A stretch of DNA of 64,000 bases, taken from Euglena gracilis. Its lineage: Eukaryota. Below the pieces are notes generated by a model, which saw nothing but the letters and a program-made list of their open reading frames with translations, searched no databases and was not told the origin of the DNA. The DNA lies in contig CP154954.1 in NCBI GenBank assembly GCA_039621445.1, positions 25,680,954 through 25,744,953 on the forward strand. Direction: 5' to 3'. Made by a program: the position numbers and the translations under genes. Positions 34,590-47,800 of the stretch are shown one piece after another; within the stretch, counting starts at the first letter, position 1, and each line of letters opens with the position of its first letter.

Positions 34590-37130
34590 ACACAACTGAT
34601 GTGTGGTTGTGGGCGAAAATGCGCCCACAAACAAAATTGTTTGTGCGCGCAAATGCGCGCACCAACGTGTTGGGGAAACTGGTATAGGGATGGTTTTGTG
34701 CAATGGGAGACAACGAACAACATGTCTGTGTTAAAGCACACTGATGATTACCATCGACCTACAAGGTTTTTGAACATGATAGGCGGTTTGGTGCGAGCAT
34801 TTGCGCAAATAAACACAATTATGTTTGTGCGCACATTTGCACAGATGCGCACACAAACATTTAATCAATCGCTTCAAAATGGTGTGTTTGAGCGAGCCTT
34901 AGCGCACGCAAACAAAGTTTGTTTGTGTACACAAATGCGCAAATCAACATACATCAGTTGTGCGACACCATCTCCTCGTCCGTGACAGCTGGCAAATGCA
35001 ATTCCACATGCCAACCATTGGTTTGCACCACGAGGATTGCATGGTGATGAAATTTGTGGTGAGAGGTAGTGTGTAATGTTCACTTGAACATGGCATCTGA
35101 CTGGCCAAAATTGGCCTGCCTTACGTGTGTACATTTGAACTGCTGTTCTCTCCGGCCCGAACAGCCGGTTGTTTTGGCGTCATCCGTTTGGCAGTTAAGT
35201 GTAATGAATTGATGACGTGCAAACGACCTGTGACCGTTCGGCACCTTTTCTGCAACAGCGCTGCGTTACAAGAAGTCAAAATTTAGCACTTGAAATACCC
35301 GGGATGTGTCGGGCCGGAGTCCGTTTTCTGGTTATTATCCACCATTTTTCCCATGACAAAAGTCAAAAACACCAGTTTTTATGCATAATTTGTGGGGGGT
35401 GAGTCCCACAGCTTTGATGCAACCAACCGAATGGCAAAAGTTCAACAATTCCTTGCACCCAAAGTAACAGGTGTTTGAGGGCTATCTCTCTCCGGCTGTT
35501 GGTTGCCATGCACTGGCACCACGTCGTCCCCCCAGTCTCGCGGCCCGATTGCGGGTTATAACGTGGCCGTGCGCTGGGTGTTGTTGCACCGGGGAGGTCG
35601 ACCAGCCTGGTGGGTGCTGAAGCATCAGCAGCTGATGTGGCTGCAGCAGCTGAGCCCAAGCCGCGGGCCAGTGGCAGGGCCCTTGGGACCCTAAAATTGG
35701 TGCCGGTGGACGGGTGCCGTTACCGGGTGGCTGCGCACCCACCTTCAGGAGATCCTCTGTCTCCATATTTTAGGGGACCTGCCAATGGACCAGAAACGGC
35801 ACCCCAATACCATGTGCCGGAGGAGACGGTGTAGGCATTTGGGTTGAACCCATTCAGAAGCCACTAAAGGTAGCTGTTGGAGGGCGAAATGAGGCTGCTT
35901 TTTACTCCTCCATTGGTGGTTCATTTGCGTGTTTGCGCGCATCACGTAGTTGGTGGGTGCAAATGCACAAAACAACCAGATGTAAATTGTGCAATTTCTT
36001 TCATGTTGTTCATTTGCGCATTTGCGCCCACAAACAACGTGATGCGCGCAAATGCGCAAATGAACCACATCTGCTGCTGGCGTTTAACGGTGGTGTTTCC
36101 GTCACACCCTTCTTTGTGTTTATGTGCGCATTTGCGCCCACCAACACAAACTGTGTTGATGGGCGCAAATGCGCGCATAAACACAATTTTTGTTTGTGCG
36201 CGCATTTGCGCCCACAAGCCTGTACCATCAACAAACAGTGTGACAAACCCACAAAAATATGATTCTGGATGGCCCACTGGTACGAGCCGTCACGACCCCT
36301 TTGTCACGCCATTTATCGACGGTGTCAGTTCATGGGCGCTAAAGCCCAACCCTTGAAGGACAAAATTGTGTTTATTTGCGCAAATGCGCGCACCTACATA
36401 ATTATGTTTGTGCGAGCATTTTTGCAAATAAACACAATTTTGTCCTTCAAGGGTTGGGCTTTCTTCCGCTGGGTTCTTTGCCACAAAACTGGTTTGCGGA
36501 TCCCGGGCATAACTTGGGTGGAAGAGAGAGTCCCCTTCATTCCCTGTGGACCCTATTTCTTCCCCTCTGCGCTTCCCTTGCGAAACACCCCGCACTTACC
36601 TTCCTTGCCCTGCGTCCTTCCTCCTGGCTTGATCACACCACACCCACACACCCTGGCACCTCCTCCCCAAGCTTTAACAAACAACCAAAAAACGCCACGA
36701 CAAGGCGCCGCAAGCAACACAGTCCAGCAAACACCCAGGACGCACTCCGCTGGAAGCTCGGGCTCACCCGGGGAAGCAGCCGAAAAGAGCAACAAGGGCA
36801 GTAAAGGTCCCGTTCCTGTAACTCTTTTTTTTGCGCTTTTTTCACTCCCAGGGGGGAAGGTTCCGGGGGTTTCGACGTGCGAAATCCGTTTCCGGCCCCC
36901 TCAAAAAAAATACCATTTTTTGCCAAAATCCGGGGTCACACCGCCAGAAACAGATTTTTGCTCATTTTTAGCACTCTCTTGTCACCGTGTTTTCAAACCA
37001 CCCGGAGCTACACAGCCGAAGTCAAAAATTTTGGAAATTTGCGCAAATGCGCAAATCAACATAATTATAATCAAATCAACATAATAATAATAATAATAAC
37101 AAAACTTAAGTGCGAATTCGGCCGCCTAAG
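34590..37130. mobile_element. Truncated CTTAGG-TIR family element (right TIR at 37105-37130; left limit approximate)
   Basis: TIR cttaggcggccgaattcgcacttaag on the minus strand; many gcgcaaatgcgc motifs; 35220-35410 is homologous to 25485-25670. Confidence 0.65.
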
Positions 37131-38329
37131 CCAAATTAGCTTAATATTGAAACAAATCGGTCCAGAATAGAACAAACAGACAAAGTAATCAAATTGGCCA
37201 AAATTGGCCAAACTGGGCAAAATGGGCAAAAAAAATTAGAGAGAGCATCGCCCAGCATTGCCCCCAGGATCATTTGACGTGATTGGCTGTTCGGGCTGCA
37301 CCTCATGATGGGACACGGGGTACTGATGGGAAGAAACTGGGGTGGGGGGGGTGGTGTTTGGGGGGAGGGGGTTCCTTTTGTTTTTGTTTCTTTTTTTTTT
37401 TTCTTTTTTTTGGCATTATTACTTTAAAGGCGCCTACAAATACCTGAAAACCCTTTAAAAAAAAAAGCCTGAAAAGGTTTTTGGCCAAAATGCTTAAAAA
37501 CCTTAAATCACCTCAAAAAATGCATCCTGGAAAATTTCCGAATTTCAAGCAAAAAAATAAGTCGCAAAATCTCGGTAAAAACAGGTGAATTCCAGGGGGA
37601 AAAAATGATTTCTGGCATCGCAGGAACATTTATCTATCCACACAAAACTCAATAAAATGGGTTTGATTTTCAACCTGGACCGATGTTGGTTCGATGCCCA
37701 GATGGCTCTTTGACCGCCAATGGGAAATGAACGCCTTAAAAACCTCAAACTGCCTTAAAAAAATATAAAAACTGTTTAAAAAAACCTTAAAAGCCTTAAA
37801 AAAAACCTTAAAAACATTTCAGAATTTTCGCCATAAAAAATAAACCCCTGGTCTCCCCTCTCTGGACAGATGTGGGGCTCAGAGAGAATAGTCCAATAGC
37901 CGTTTGCCGAAGATGTAGATTCCATTTATTGTTGGAACGACCCTGAGTTTGCTTGGGTGACAATCGTAAAAAAAAATCACTCAAAATGAAAAGCCTTTGG
38001 AAGACAAACAAGCGAAGACCAAAAGAAGAGGTGGTGGGTTGTTGACTCCGAGGGGGAAGACTGATCGAAACAAAAAAAAATTGGAGAAGCAACACCAAAA
38101 GAGGTCACCGTGGGAATCAAATCTGCTCCAATCCGGATGAGAAGGCGACATGGGGCATGGGGCATGGGGAGACACGCGCAGTGGCCACAGCGGGTACTCC
38201 ATCGCCCCAGGCAGGCGCGCCGCCGCGTGAACTTCCCCGCCTGGCAGAGGAGCCAGTGGGACATGGGAGGGGGGGGGCAGTTGCACACCCGTCCAGTCCA
38301 GAGATTTTTTTTTGAAAAAAACTTGAGGT

Positions 38330-39901
38330 CATCCCACCCCCCACCATCCCCGGGGGGGGGGGGGGTCTGGGGGACCCACTTTTGGGGGAGGTCAATTTTG
38401 GGAAGAAAAAATTTCGGCCTCTTTGCCTCTTTGCACTAAAAATAAAGGGAAACCCCCACCCACTCAGCCCAACCCCTTGGGGGGGGGGGGGTATGGCGGA
38501 CCCACCAACCCTCCCCCCATTTTCCCGCGGCCCAACCTAAAAAAAAAGATATAATTCCCTCCTCCAGCAGCATATTCAGCCGCGAATGGGTCCAAACTGG
38601 GTAGGATTGGCCCCCAGTTTCGACTCTGCCATTTCGCCGGGGTAAAATTTTCGTTCAAAAAAATAGATTTTTCGAAAATATTTCGAGAAAACGAATATCA
38701 TTCCCGGTAGTGTCTGACTGACCAAATGTACCCCTGGAGGCCCTCTATCGCCCCCCGTGTCAGCGGCCATTTTGGCCGCCGACACACCTGGTCCGTGTTC
38801 CGGGGCGCTTTTGTGGCCCAAAACGGCCATTTGGAGGTGTTTTTGGGCCATTTTCTTTGGGTCAAAAAATCGATTTTTCCAAAATATCTCGACAATGAAG
38901 CAAAATCAAAGAAAATGTCCGGAGAAAAAAAAAGAAGCCTTGGAATGCCCTATCCAACCGTGCTTTACTTTTCCCCCAACTCTTCGTGTAGCCCAAGTAA
39001 CGGCCATTTTTCGGCCAATTTTGGCCATTTCTGGGGCATCTTGGGCTGTTTTCGAGGTCAAAAAAAAACCATGTTTCCAAAATGTTTCGGAAATGAAGCA
39101 AAATCAAGCGAAACGTCCGGAGACCTAAATTGAAGCCCTTGGAACGCCCTATCTAACAGTAATCTGATTTCCCCGCAACTCCCCGCCCAGCCCGATTTAC
39201 AGCCATATTTCGGCCAATTCTGGCCATTTTGTACATGCACAGTTTTGGCCCGTTTTCAGCCATTTTGGGTCAACAAAAGTCGAAAAAATCGAAAAAAAAA
39301 AAAAAAAAAAAACTGTTTACGAACCGAAAATGAGCGTTTTTCGACCCCGGCCCCCTGTTTTTGGACCGAAAGCCACGGATTTTGGGTCACTTCTGGGTCA
39401 AAAAAGTTCCGGGCTGGGCCTGCCGGACTGTGCCAGTCCGCCAAGCCGCCGGCCGGGCCCGGGCCGGGACGTGCCGGGCTGCCAGGCTGGGCCAAACCGC
39501 CCTGGCTGCCACACGCCCCAACCACCTGCTGCAGCATGGCACCATCGCATATGTAAAGCATGCTTGTGCTTACCAACCGGGGGGGGAGGGGGGGTGGGTG
39601 CTATAGGGTGCCTGCCCCTAGCAGGCACACCCCCCCCCCCGGGGGATAGGGGTCCGGACCGGACCGGACCCAGAAAATTTTCAGTCAAAATGGCCTTTTC
39701 CGGGCCCCCGGCGCCTTCGGCGCCGGGGTCGGAGGGGGGTGCCTGCTAGGGGCAGGCACCCCCCAAAACCCTACCCCCCCCCGGGGGGTCGGATCGGGTG
39801 CTATGGGGTGCCTGCCCCTAGCACCCACCCCCCCCCCGTGGAGTAGGCACCCGACTAAGCGCAAGCCTGATGTAAAGAGCTCAGCACTACACAAAACCTG
39901 G
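38330..39901 (+). mobile_element. Asymmetric sub-TIR family (copy C, 5'-truncated)
   Basis: Near-identical to 43810-44580; same 3' end aagagctcagcactacacaaaacctgg. Confidence 0.7.
39559..39869. mobile_element. hAT-like MITE
   Basis: TIR ca(t/g)gcttg(t/c)gctta; perfect 8-bp TSD atgtaaag; empty site in the paralogous repeat near 45193. Confidence 0.88.
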
Positions 39902-40158
39902 TAGCCTGGTTGAAATATACGCAGGTCAACCAAGAAGTGCAGTCATGGTCATGAAGCCCAAAAATTTCCCCATTTTAGGGCATTCCAGGCCATTCCAGGC
40001 CCCAGCTTCATTGATTACCCTAAAATCAGGCTATTATTGTTGCTAGGTTGTTGTTTAAGCTTGCTTCTCTGCCATATTTTCCTTCTTTTCCATTTTTTTC
40101 TTCTTTTCTCCCTTCAATTAGCTTGTTTTGGGTTGCTTAAATTTCGAATTTCATTTCT

Positions 40159-40316
40159 CCCATTCCAGGCCATTCCAGGCCATTCCAGGCCATTCTAGGC
40201 CATTCTAGGCCATTTTAGGCCATTTTAGGCCATTTTAGGCCATTTTAGGCCATTATAGGTCATTTTAGGCCATTTTAGGCCATTTTAGGCCATTTTAGGC
40301 CATTTCAGGCCATTTT
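40159..40316. repeat. 10-bp tandem repeat (ccattttagg/ccattccagg); also at 41378-41449
   Basis: Direct reading. Confidence 0.92.
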
Positions 40317-42201
40317 GAGGTATAGGTGGGCTTCTGAAAGTAACAGTTTTGCGTCATTTTTGTCCCGAAAACTGTACCATAATGTGTGCAAACCTTCTCT
40401 TATTCAATAATAAGAAATGCTAATCCAAAAAAGCATGCAAAATTCATGAAAACTGGATCAAAACCATGGGAAGCTCAACAAATCTTAATTTCTACCCATA
40501 GAGGAATTCTGAACAGTAAGAGTTTACGGCAGTGAAAATTTTTCAGGAAAAAAAGTTGGACAAATACTAAAAGTTTTTATTTGCGCCCAAAAAAAAGCGC
40601 CTGGTCTTTTTTGTTTTGTGAAATCTACACCATTTTGCGGGAGTTCGCAAAAAAAAAATCATTTTTTTCTGAAAGATGAAGCTGTTGCCTGGTGAAATTC
40701 AATGTGATTTTGGTATTGGTTTAGCCATTTAGTTTCGGCATAAATGAGAGAGGATGGCAGAGATCAAAGGGCAAAGCTGAGAGCAATTCCTCTTCTCCGT
40801 GATTGTTTTCCCCTTTGGGGAAACTTATTACTAAAAAAAAAAAGCCCTCTGAACACGTTCATAAAAAGGAGAGAATCTCATTCATAAATTGTTTGTGATT
40901 GTTTTGGGTCATTTGATCATTCGGCGTGTTTTATTTGTGGTTTTGGAAAAACCCCAAAATTTTGCTGGTTCGTGATTTGAAGGAATCCCCGGCACCTGAC
41001 GAATAAGCATACACATCTTTCAATGGAGATTTTTCCAACATCTTTCATCTTTTTTTCCTCTCTTTTTACCCATGCTTCCAAATTTGCACTGTTTCATTAT
41101 TTGTGAAACAGACATGATTTCACACCAAAAAAAACTGGGAGTAAGAAGAAATACAGCTGTCCAAACCTTCAAAATTCAGTTACCAAAAGCAGGTTGGGCA
41201 CCGTGGATTTGGGGACTGATACTATTATGAGTTGGGATTAAAAAAAAGGTCTTGTGGGGCTGTGCTCCTTCACCAAATCCACTGTTTGCAGTCCACATTA
41301 ACAAAAGACACCGAAAATCATTACCTGAATAGCTTCAGTTGTTCACAAAAAAATTATTGTGCAACAGAATTTTTCCCATTTTCGGCCATTTTCGGCCATT
41401 TTAGGCCATTTTAGGCCATTTTAGGCCATTTTAGGCCATTTTAGGCCATATAGGTGCCTAGTCATGAGCTCCCCCACCCTCCCTCCCTCTTGCTCATGAG
41501 CTCCCTCCCCCTCCCACTTCCCACCACTCCCCCCCCCCTCAGGCCTCCCCCGTCCCCCCCCCCCCCCCCCGCCGTTTGGGCTCTCAAAAAACCTCCCCTC
41601 CCCAGTCCCGCCACACCCCCCCCCCCACCCCCCAGCCTCCAGCCCAAGCAGCCCAACGGGGTAGAGGGTCCCAGGCCTTAATTTAGGTCCCCCAATTACT
41701 TTCATTGGTTACCCACTGTTTTCAAGAAAATTAAAAATGGTGGTGGCTCAGCCCAAAAAAACTGTTAAGTCGAGAGAAAACCAAAACAATGCAAAACGGG
41801 CCAAATCGAAGGGGCGCAAGTGACCCTGGAGGATTATATGTGGCGAAAGAGGGTCACCTTGAGGGTTTATATTTTGGTTTCCATTGATTTTCTTTTGATC
41901 CCAACAATTATCAAGACATTGAAAAAAATTGGTTTTTCACCCCGAAACGACCGAAATCGCCTTGGTCGAAACAGTTCAAAACAGGCTGTTGTTGGGGTTT
42001 ATACCATCATTAAATGGTCATAACTCAGGCTAGCCACGGAGTTACAAGAAAATCTGAAAATTTGTACCACACCCCCCCCCCCCCCCGCAAACCACCGCTC
42101 ACTTAATACCCTGTATGGCTTGCTGGTTTTTCAAATATTGTAAACCCCCCTGAAAGAGCGCATGGGTGCGCAAATTTTAAGGACATGGTTTCGGACCCCA
42201 C

Positions 42202-43089
<888 letters not shown>

Positions 43090-43396
43090 CAGGTGCCCAT
43101 ATTAGGGCACTGCGCACCTATTAGGGGAAAGCACAAGATACTTAATCTTCCACCACTCTTTTTCAGCTTTTCCCTTCCTGTAATGTCAAGCAATGAGTCA
43201 AGTGATTAAGTGTCAAATTTGGGCTTAAACGATGGAAGTATTTGGAGAAAGAGAGATCTGAGAATTGTGTGTGCTTGGTGACCTGAGATGTGACACTAAT
43301 TTCTCCTTTTGTGGAGCGGTGTACTTTTAGGAGGTAGTTTCAGACCACTTATTAGGGCTGTGCATAATTTGGGCACTGCGCACTTATTAGAGAGGC

Positions 43397-45224
43397 GTCG
43401 CTGAGCTCTTATCTATTTAGAGTAAGAGCAAAGCTTACCACCAGGGAAAAAGGGGGTTAGAACCCCCTCCCCCCCTGGGTAGGTGATAAAAACCACGGAT
43501 TATCACCATGACCCTGGCCCGGTTCCCAGAATTTTTTTTAGTCGCGAGCGACTGGATCCCGAGTTTCCGAATGTTTGACCCCCAACTCCCCGCCAGGCCC
43601 GAGTTGTTCACCCTCGAATGGGTCCAAGCTGGGTGGGATTCACTAACACCCCCCACAGTTTCAACTCTGCCATTTCGCCGGGGTGAGATTTTCGGTCAAA
43701 AAAATAGATTTTTCGAAAATATCTCGAGAAAACATACATTATTTCCGGAAGTGTTGGTTTGGCCAAATGTACCCCCTGGAGGCCCTCTGTCATCCCCGGT
43801 TTGCCGTTTTGGGGGAGGTCAATTTTGGGAAGAAAAGTTTTCGGCCTCTCTGCCTCTTTGCACTAAAAATAAAGGGAAACCCCCACCCACTCAGCCCAAC
43901 CCCTGGGGGGGGGGGGGTATGGCGGACCCACCAACCCTCCCCCCATTTTCCCATGGCCCAACCTAAAAAAATTATATGTTATATTATTTATTATATATAT
44001 AACAAGAATTTTCAGAATAATATTATATATATTTATTAAGAATTAATATAGAATAAATAAATAATAGAATTATTTTATTTATTATTTATTGGGAATTAAT
44101 AAGAATTATATATACATATATATATATATAATTCCCTCCTCCAGCCACATATTCAGCCGCGAATGGGTCCAAACTGGGTAGGATTGGCCCCCAGTTTCGA
44201 CTCTGCCATTTCGCCGGGGTAAAATTTTCGTTCAAAAAAAATAGATTTTTCGAAAATATTTCGAGAAAACGAACATCATTCCTGGAAATGTCTGACTGAC
44301 CAAATGTACCCCTGGAGGCCCTCTATCGCCCCCCGTGTCGGCGGCCATTTTGGCCGCCGACACGCCGGAGTGCTTTTGTGGCCCAAAACGGCCATTTGGA
44401 GATGTTTTTGGGCCATTTTCTTTGGGTCAAAAAATCGATTTTTCCAAAATATCTCGACAATGAAGCAAAATCAAAGAAAATGTCCGGAGAAAAAAAAAAG
44501 AAGCCTTGGAATGCCCTATCCAACCGTGCTTTACTTTTCCCCCAACTCTTCGTGTAGCCCAAGTAACGGCCATTTTTCGGCAAATGTTGGCCCATTTAAG
44601 GGGTCATCTTGGGTTGTTTTTGGGGTCAAAAACCTGATTTTTTCAAAATATCTCGGAAATAAAAAAAAAAAAAATCAAAGGAAATATCCGGAAATGTCTG
44701 AAATTGAAGCCCTTGGAACGCCCTATCTAACGGTGTTTTAATTTCCCCGTAACTCCCCGCCAGGCCCGAGATATGGCTGATTTACAGCCTAAAGCATCGT
44801 GGCAGGCTTCCGACTGTGCCATTTTCGGCCATGTGGAGGTCAAAAAGTCGAAAAAAAATTGCCTGAAACCATGTTGTTTGGCCTCCCGGACCAGGAAAAA
44901 CTGTTTTTGAGCTGAAAAATGAGCGTTTTTCGACCCCGGCCCCCCATTTTTGGCCAAAAAGCCATGCATTTTGTCCGGGCCGTGCACGGGTGTGCCAGGC
45001 CGCTGGGCTGCTGGCCAGGCCAGGCTGGGCCAGGCTGGGCCAGGCCGTGCTGTGCCGTGCCGGGCCGCTGGGCCAGGCCGGGCCGTGTTGGGCCGCTGGG
45101 CCAGGCCAGCCCGCCGGGCCAGGCCGGGCTGCCGGGCCGCCGGGCCACCGACCACCACCTCAAACATCTGCTGCAGCATGGCACCATCATACACGTAAAG
45201 AGCTCAGCACTACACAAAACCTGG
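43397..45224 (+). mobile_element. Repeat family with asymmetric subterminal inverted repeats (copy A)
   Basis: 5' gtc-GCTGAGCTCTT ... AAGAGCTCAGC-actacacaaaacctgg 3'; internal homology with 38330-39901, 53680-57200 and 62200-63382. Confidence 0.75.
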
Positions 45225-45891
45225 TTATATTACATGACAAATAAATGTGGTAATAACATAAATACAGAAATAACACGTGTGTGTTGTTTTCAGTGTGTGT
45301 TGTGGGTAGGAAGCAGGTGCGATCTTCCTTGATTTAAATCAGACCCCAACACCCTCAGATTGCCTTGAAACCCAGACTGATCCCCACCCCTGTGTTATTT
45401 TCTTGCTGTGAGAAGGAAGAACTCTGATAATTCACAGTTCACACGTCCACATCACCACAAAAAAATTTGATGTCCGCAAGCAAACCTCAAAATTTTTTTG
45501 GGAAATGCACATCAACTGCAAAATGGCCGCTACGATGTGCATCACAAAAAAATTTAATAAATATAAAGTCCAAACCATTCACAAAATAGCCCAATGCTGT
45601 GGCATTATAAAATAACCCGCCCAAAAATAATATACACCCCCAAATAACATACACCCCAAATAAGATACCCCCCCCCTGGCCGGGGACTTCGGCTGAGCAA
45701 ATAAATTGAGTAAAGCAGAAAACGCAGAAAAGCAGAAAACACAGAATTTCTGTTCAAAAATAACACACTTTGCCGAAAATGACTGGTACCAAAAAGCAAC
45801 AGTTATGGTAACACCAACCTAAACATAGTGTCGAAAGGCAGCTTCCAACCATGCAACCCGCTGGTCGTCCAGTCGGATTAGGGGGGGGGGG

Positions 45892-46550
45892 GGTTGTATG
45901 GTGGGACCCGCTTTCAACTTTTCGGTCCCGCAGCATTGGGGAACCACGCGGTTTCTGGGCCACCGTCGGCGGATTTGGGGAGGGTTTCTACTTAATTTTA
46001 GGAATATGGTTAAGGTCAGGATCGAGGGACAAAGTTAAGCCAGAGGTTAGGTCCCTGTTTTGTAAGATTTTGAAACCTTATTTTGCCTTAAAAAAAATTG
46101 CGCAAATACGGCCTAAATTCGTCCGAAAGGCGGCCTGAGTTCTCCTTAACTTCCCAAAAATTGGAGCCCCGTGGCCTGCTGTCCTAACCCTAACAAAGGG
46201 TGGACATTGGATATCGGCCCATTTTGGGTTTATCGAAAACCTTGAATTTATCGGGTCCCAAAAAAATATCGTGAAATATCGGCTTTATTGGGGGGGGGGG
46301 GTGATGTACTTTTTTGTTGTATTTTGGGGCGATTCTGGGATTCTCCAAATCACAAAGTGAGGATATCGGGCAACAAAATGATCATATCGGTTTTATCGAC
46401 TTTCATCGAGATATCAGGGTGTCAATCTATCCAAATTTATCGGGGCTCCTCCCCTAAAACCAATATCAATACACATCCTTACCCTAACCCTATCCCAATC
46501 AATATCCCCAAACTTTCCCGAAGGTCGGACCCGGGTCCCGCCATACGACC
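45892..46550. mobile_element. MITE with telomere-like subterminal tracts
   Basis: Imperfect TIR ggttgtatggtgggacccg / cgggtcccgccatacgacc; degenerate TTAGGG/CCCTAA tracts inside both ends. Confidence 0.6.
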
Positions 46551-47800
46551 CTCCCCATCCAATTGGATGACCTGTCGTATAGTTGTATAGTTGGGTCGTA
46601 TAGTTGGGAGCTGCCTGTCAAAAATATGCAAATGCAGAAACCATGTGGGTATGCCCCTTTTGGGCGGGTCTGTTTGAGTTGTCTCTTTTGGGCGGGTCTG
46701 TTGAAGGATTTGCCCAAATAATATACCCCCCAAATAATATCCCCCTCCAGACCCCGACTTCGGCTACCAAAATAATATATCCCCCGGGTGTATCATTTGG
46801 GAGGGGGTTATGTTTAAACACCAGTGATGGCCAGGGGGGGAAATATGCGTAAAACCAGATACCAAAGTTTGCACAAAAATATGCACCAAAAAAAATGCGA
46901 AATATGCTCGAAGACATATGTGGGAAACAAACAATTTTCTGGAACTGTGCCATTTTTGGCCATGTTCATGACCCCACTTGGCAAACCATTTTGGGCCCAT
47001 TTCCACTCATTATCCGCACAATCAGCCATTTACGGGCAATTTTCGACCAATTTCGAGCCATTCAAGGGTCATTAAAGGCCAACTTTGACAACCACTTGGC
47101 CATTTTTAGCCATTTTTAACCACCAAAAAAAAAGCAAAAGTGGCCAATGGTGGTCAGAGATGGCTCAAAAATGGCCCATAGTGGCCAAAAGGGCCAAAAT
47201 CGCCAAAAAAAATGGCCGAAAATGGTCCCAGCGTGCAACAAATTGAGGCTGAAACCCCAGAAACGTGTGGTCAAAATATGCAAGAATGGGCAAATATGCA
47301 AGATTATCCTGAAAAATCTCGAACTTGCACTATATATGCACAAAATATATAAAATGTGTGCTTTTTGGCCAAAATACGCACATGTAAATATCCGATTTGG
47401 GCAAAAAAAAATCAAAATGACAGACAGTTTCTTTAAACAGGTCCCAAATATGTTGGTGAGAATGTTGAAAAGCAAAAGGGCACATGCAATGCAAACCTGA
47501 TATAGGCCAGTTGATAGGCCTTTATAGGCAACCAAAATAGGTGTAGTCCGAGGGGATGGCAAAAGTTTGGCCCACAGCAGATGCGCATCCTCCGAGCCTG
47601 TAGCAATGCCGCAAGAGGGAATTTCATCAACCAAATGTCACCAAAAACGAAATTTCTGACAATTTTGGTAAAATTCATGTTGTAGGGAGTGTGCTGGGTA
47701 GTCTTGGGGCGTTGGGAATTCTTTGACCTGACAACCCCTCCCACAGCCGACCAAGCAAACCAGATCCTGCTGGCACGTGGGTTTTCACAAGTGGGTGGGG

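Noticed and set aside
25761-37130. One 11-kb composite transposon capturing TOP3B exons between two inward-facing CTTAGG TIRs
   Set aside because: Flanks differ (tttta vs ccaaa), TIR spacers differ, and the left TIR lies inside a separate hAT-like element
38096-38241. AGKFTRRR and FDSHGDLF segments as TOP3B N-terminal exons
   Set aside because: Similarity is too weak and no consistent chain to AEKPS or TSVxGH could be built
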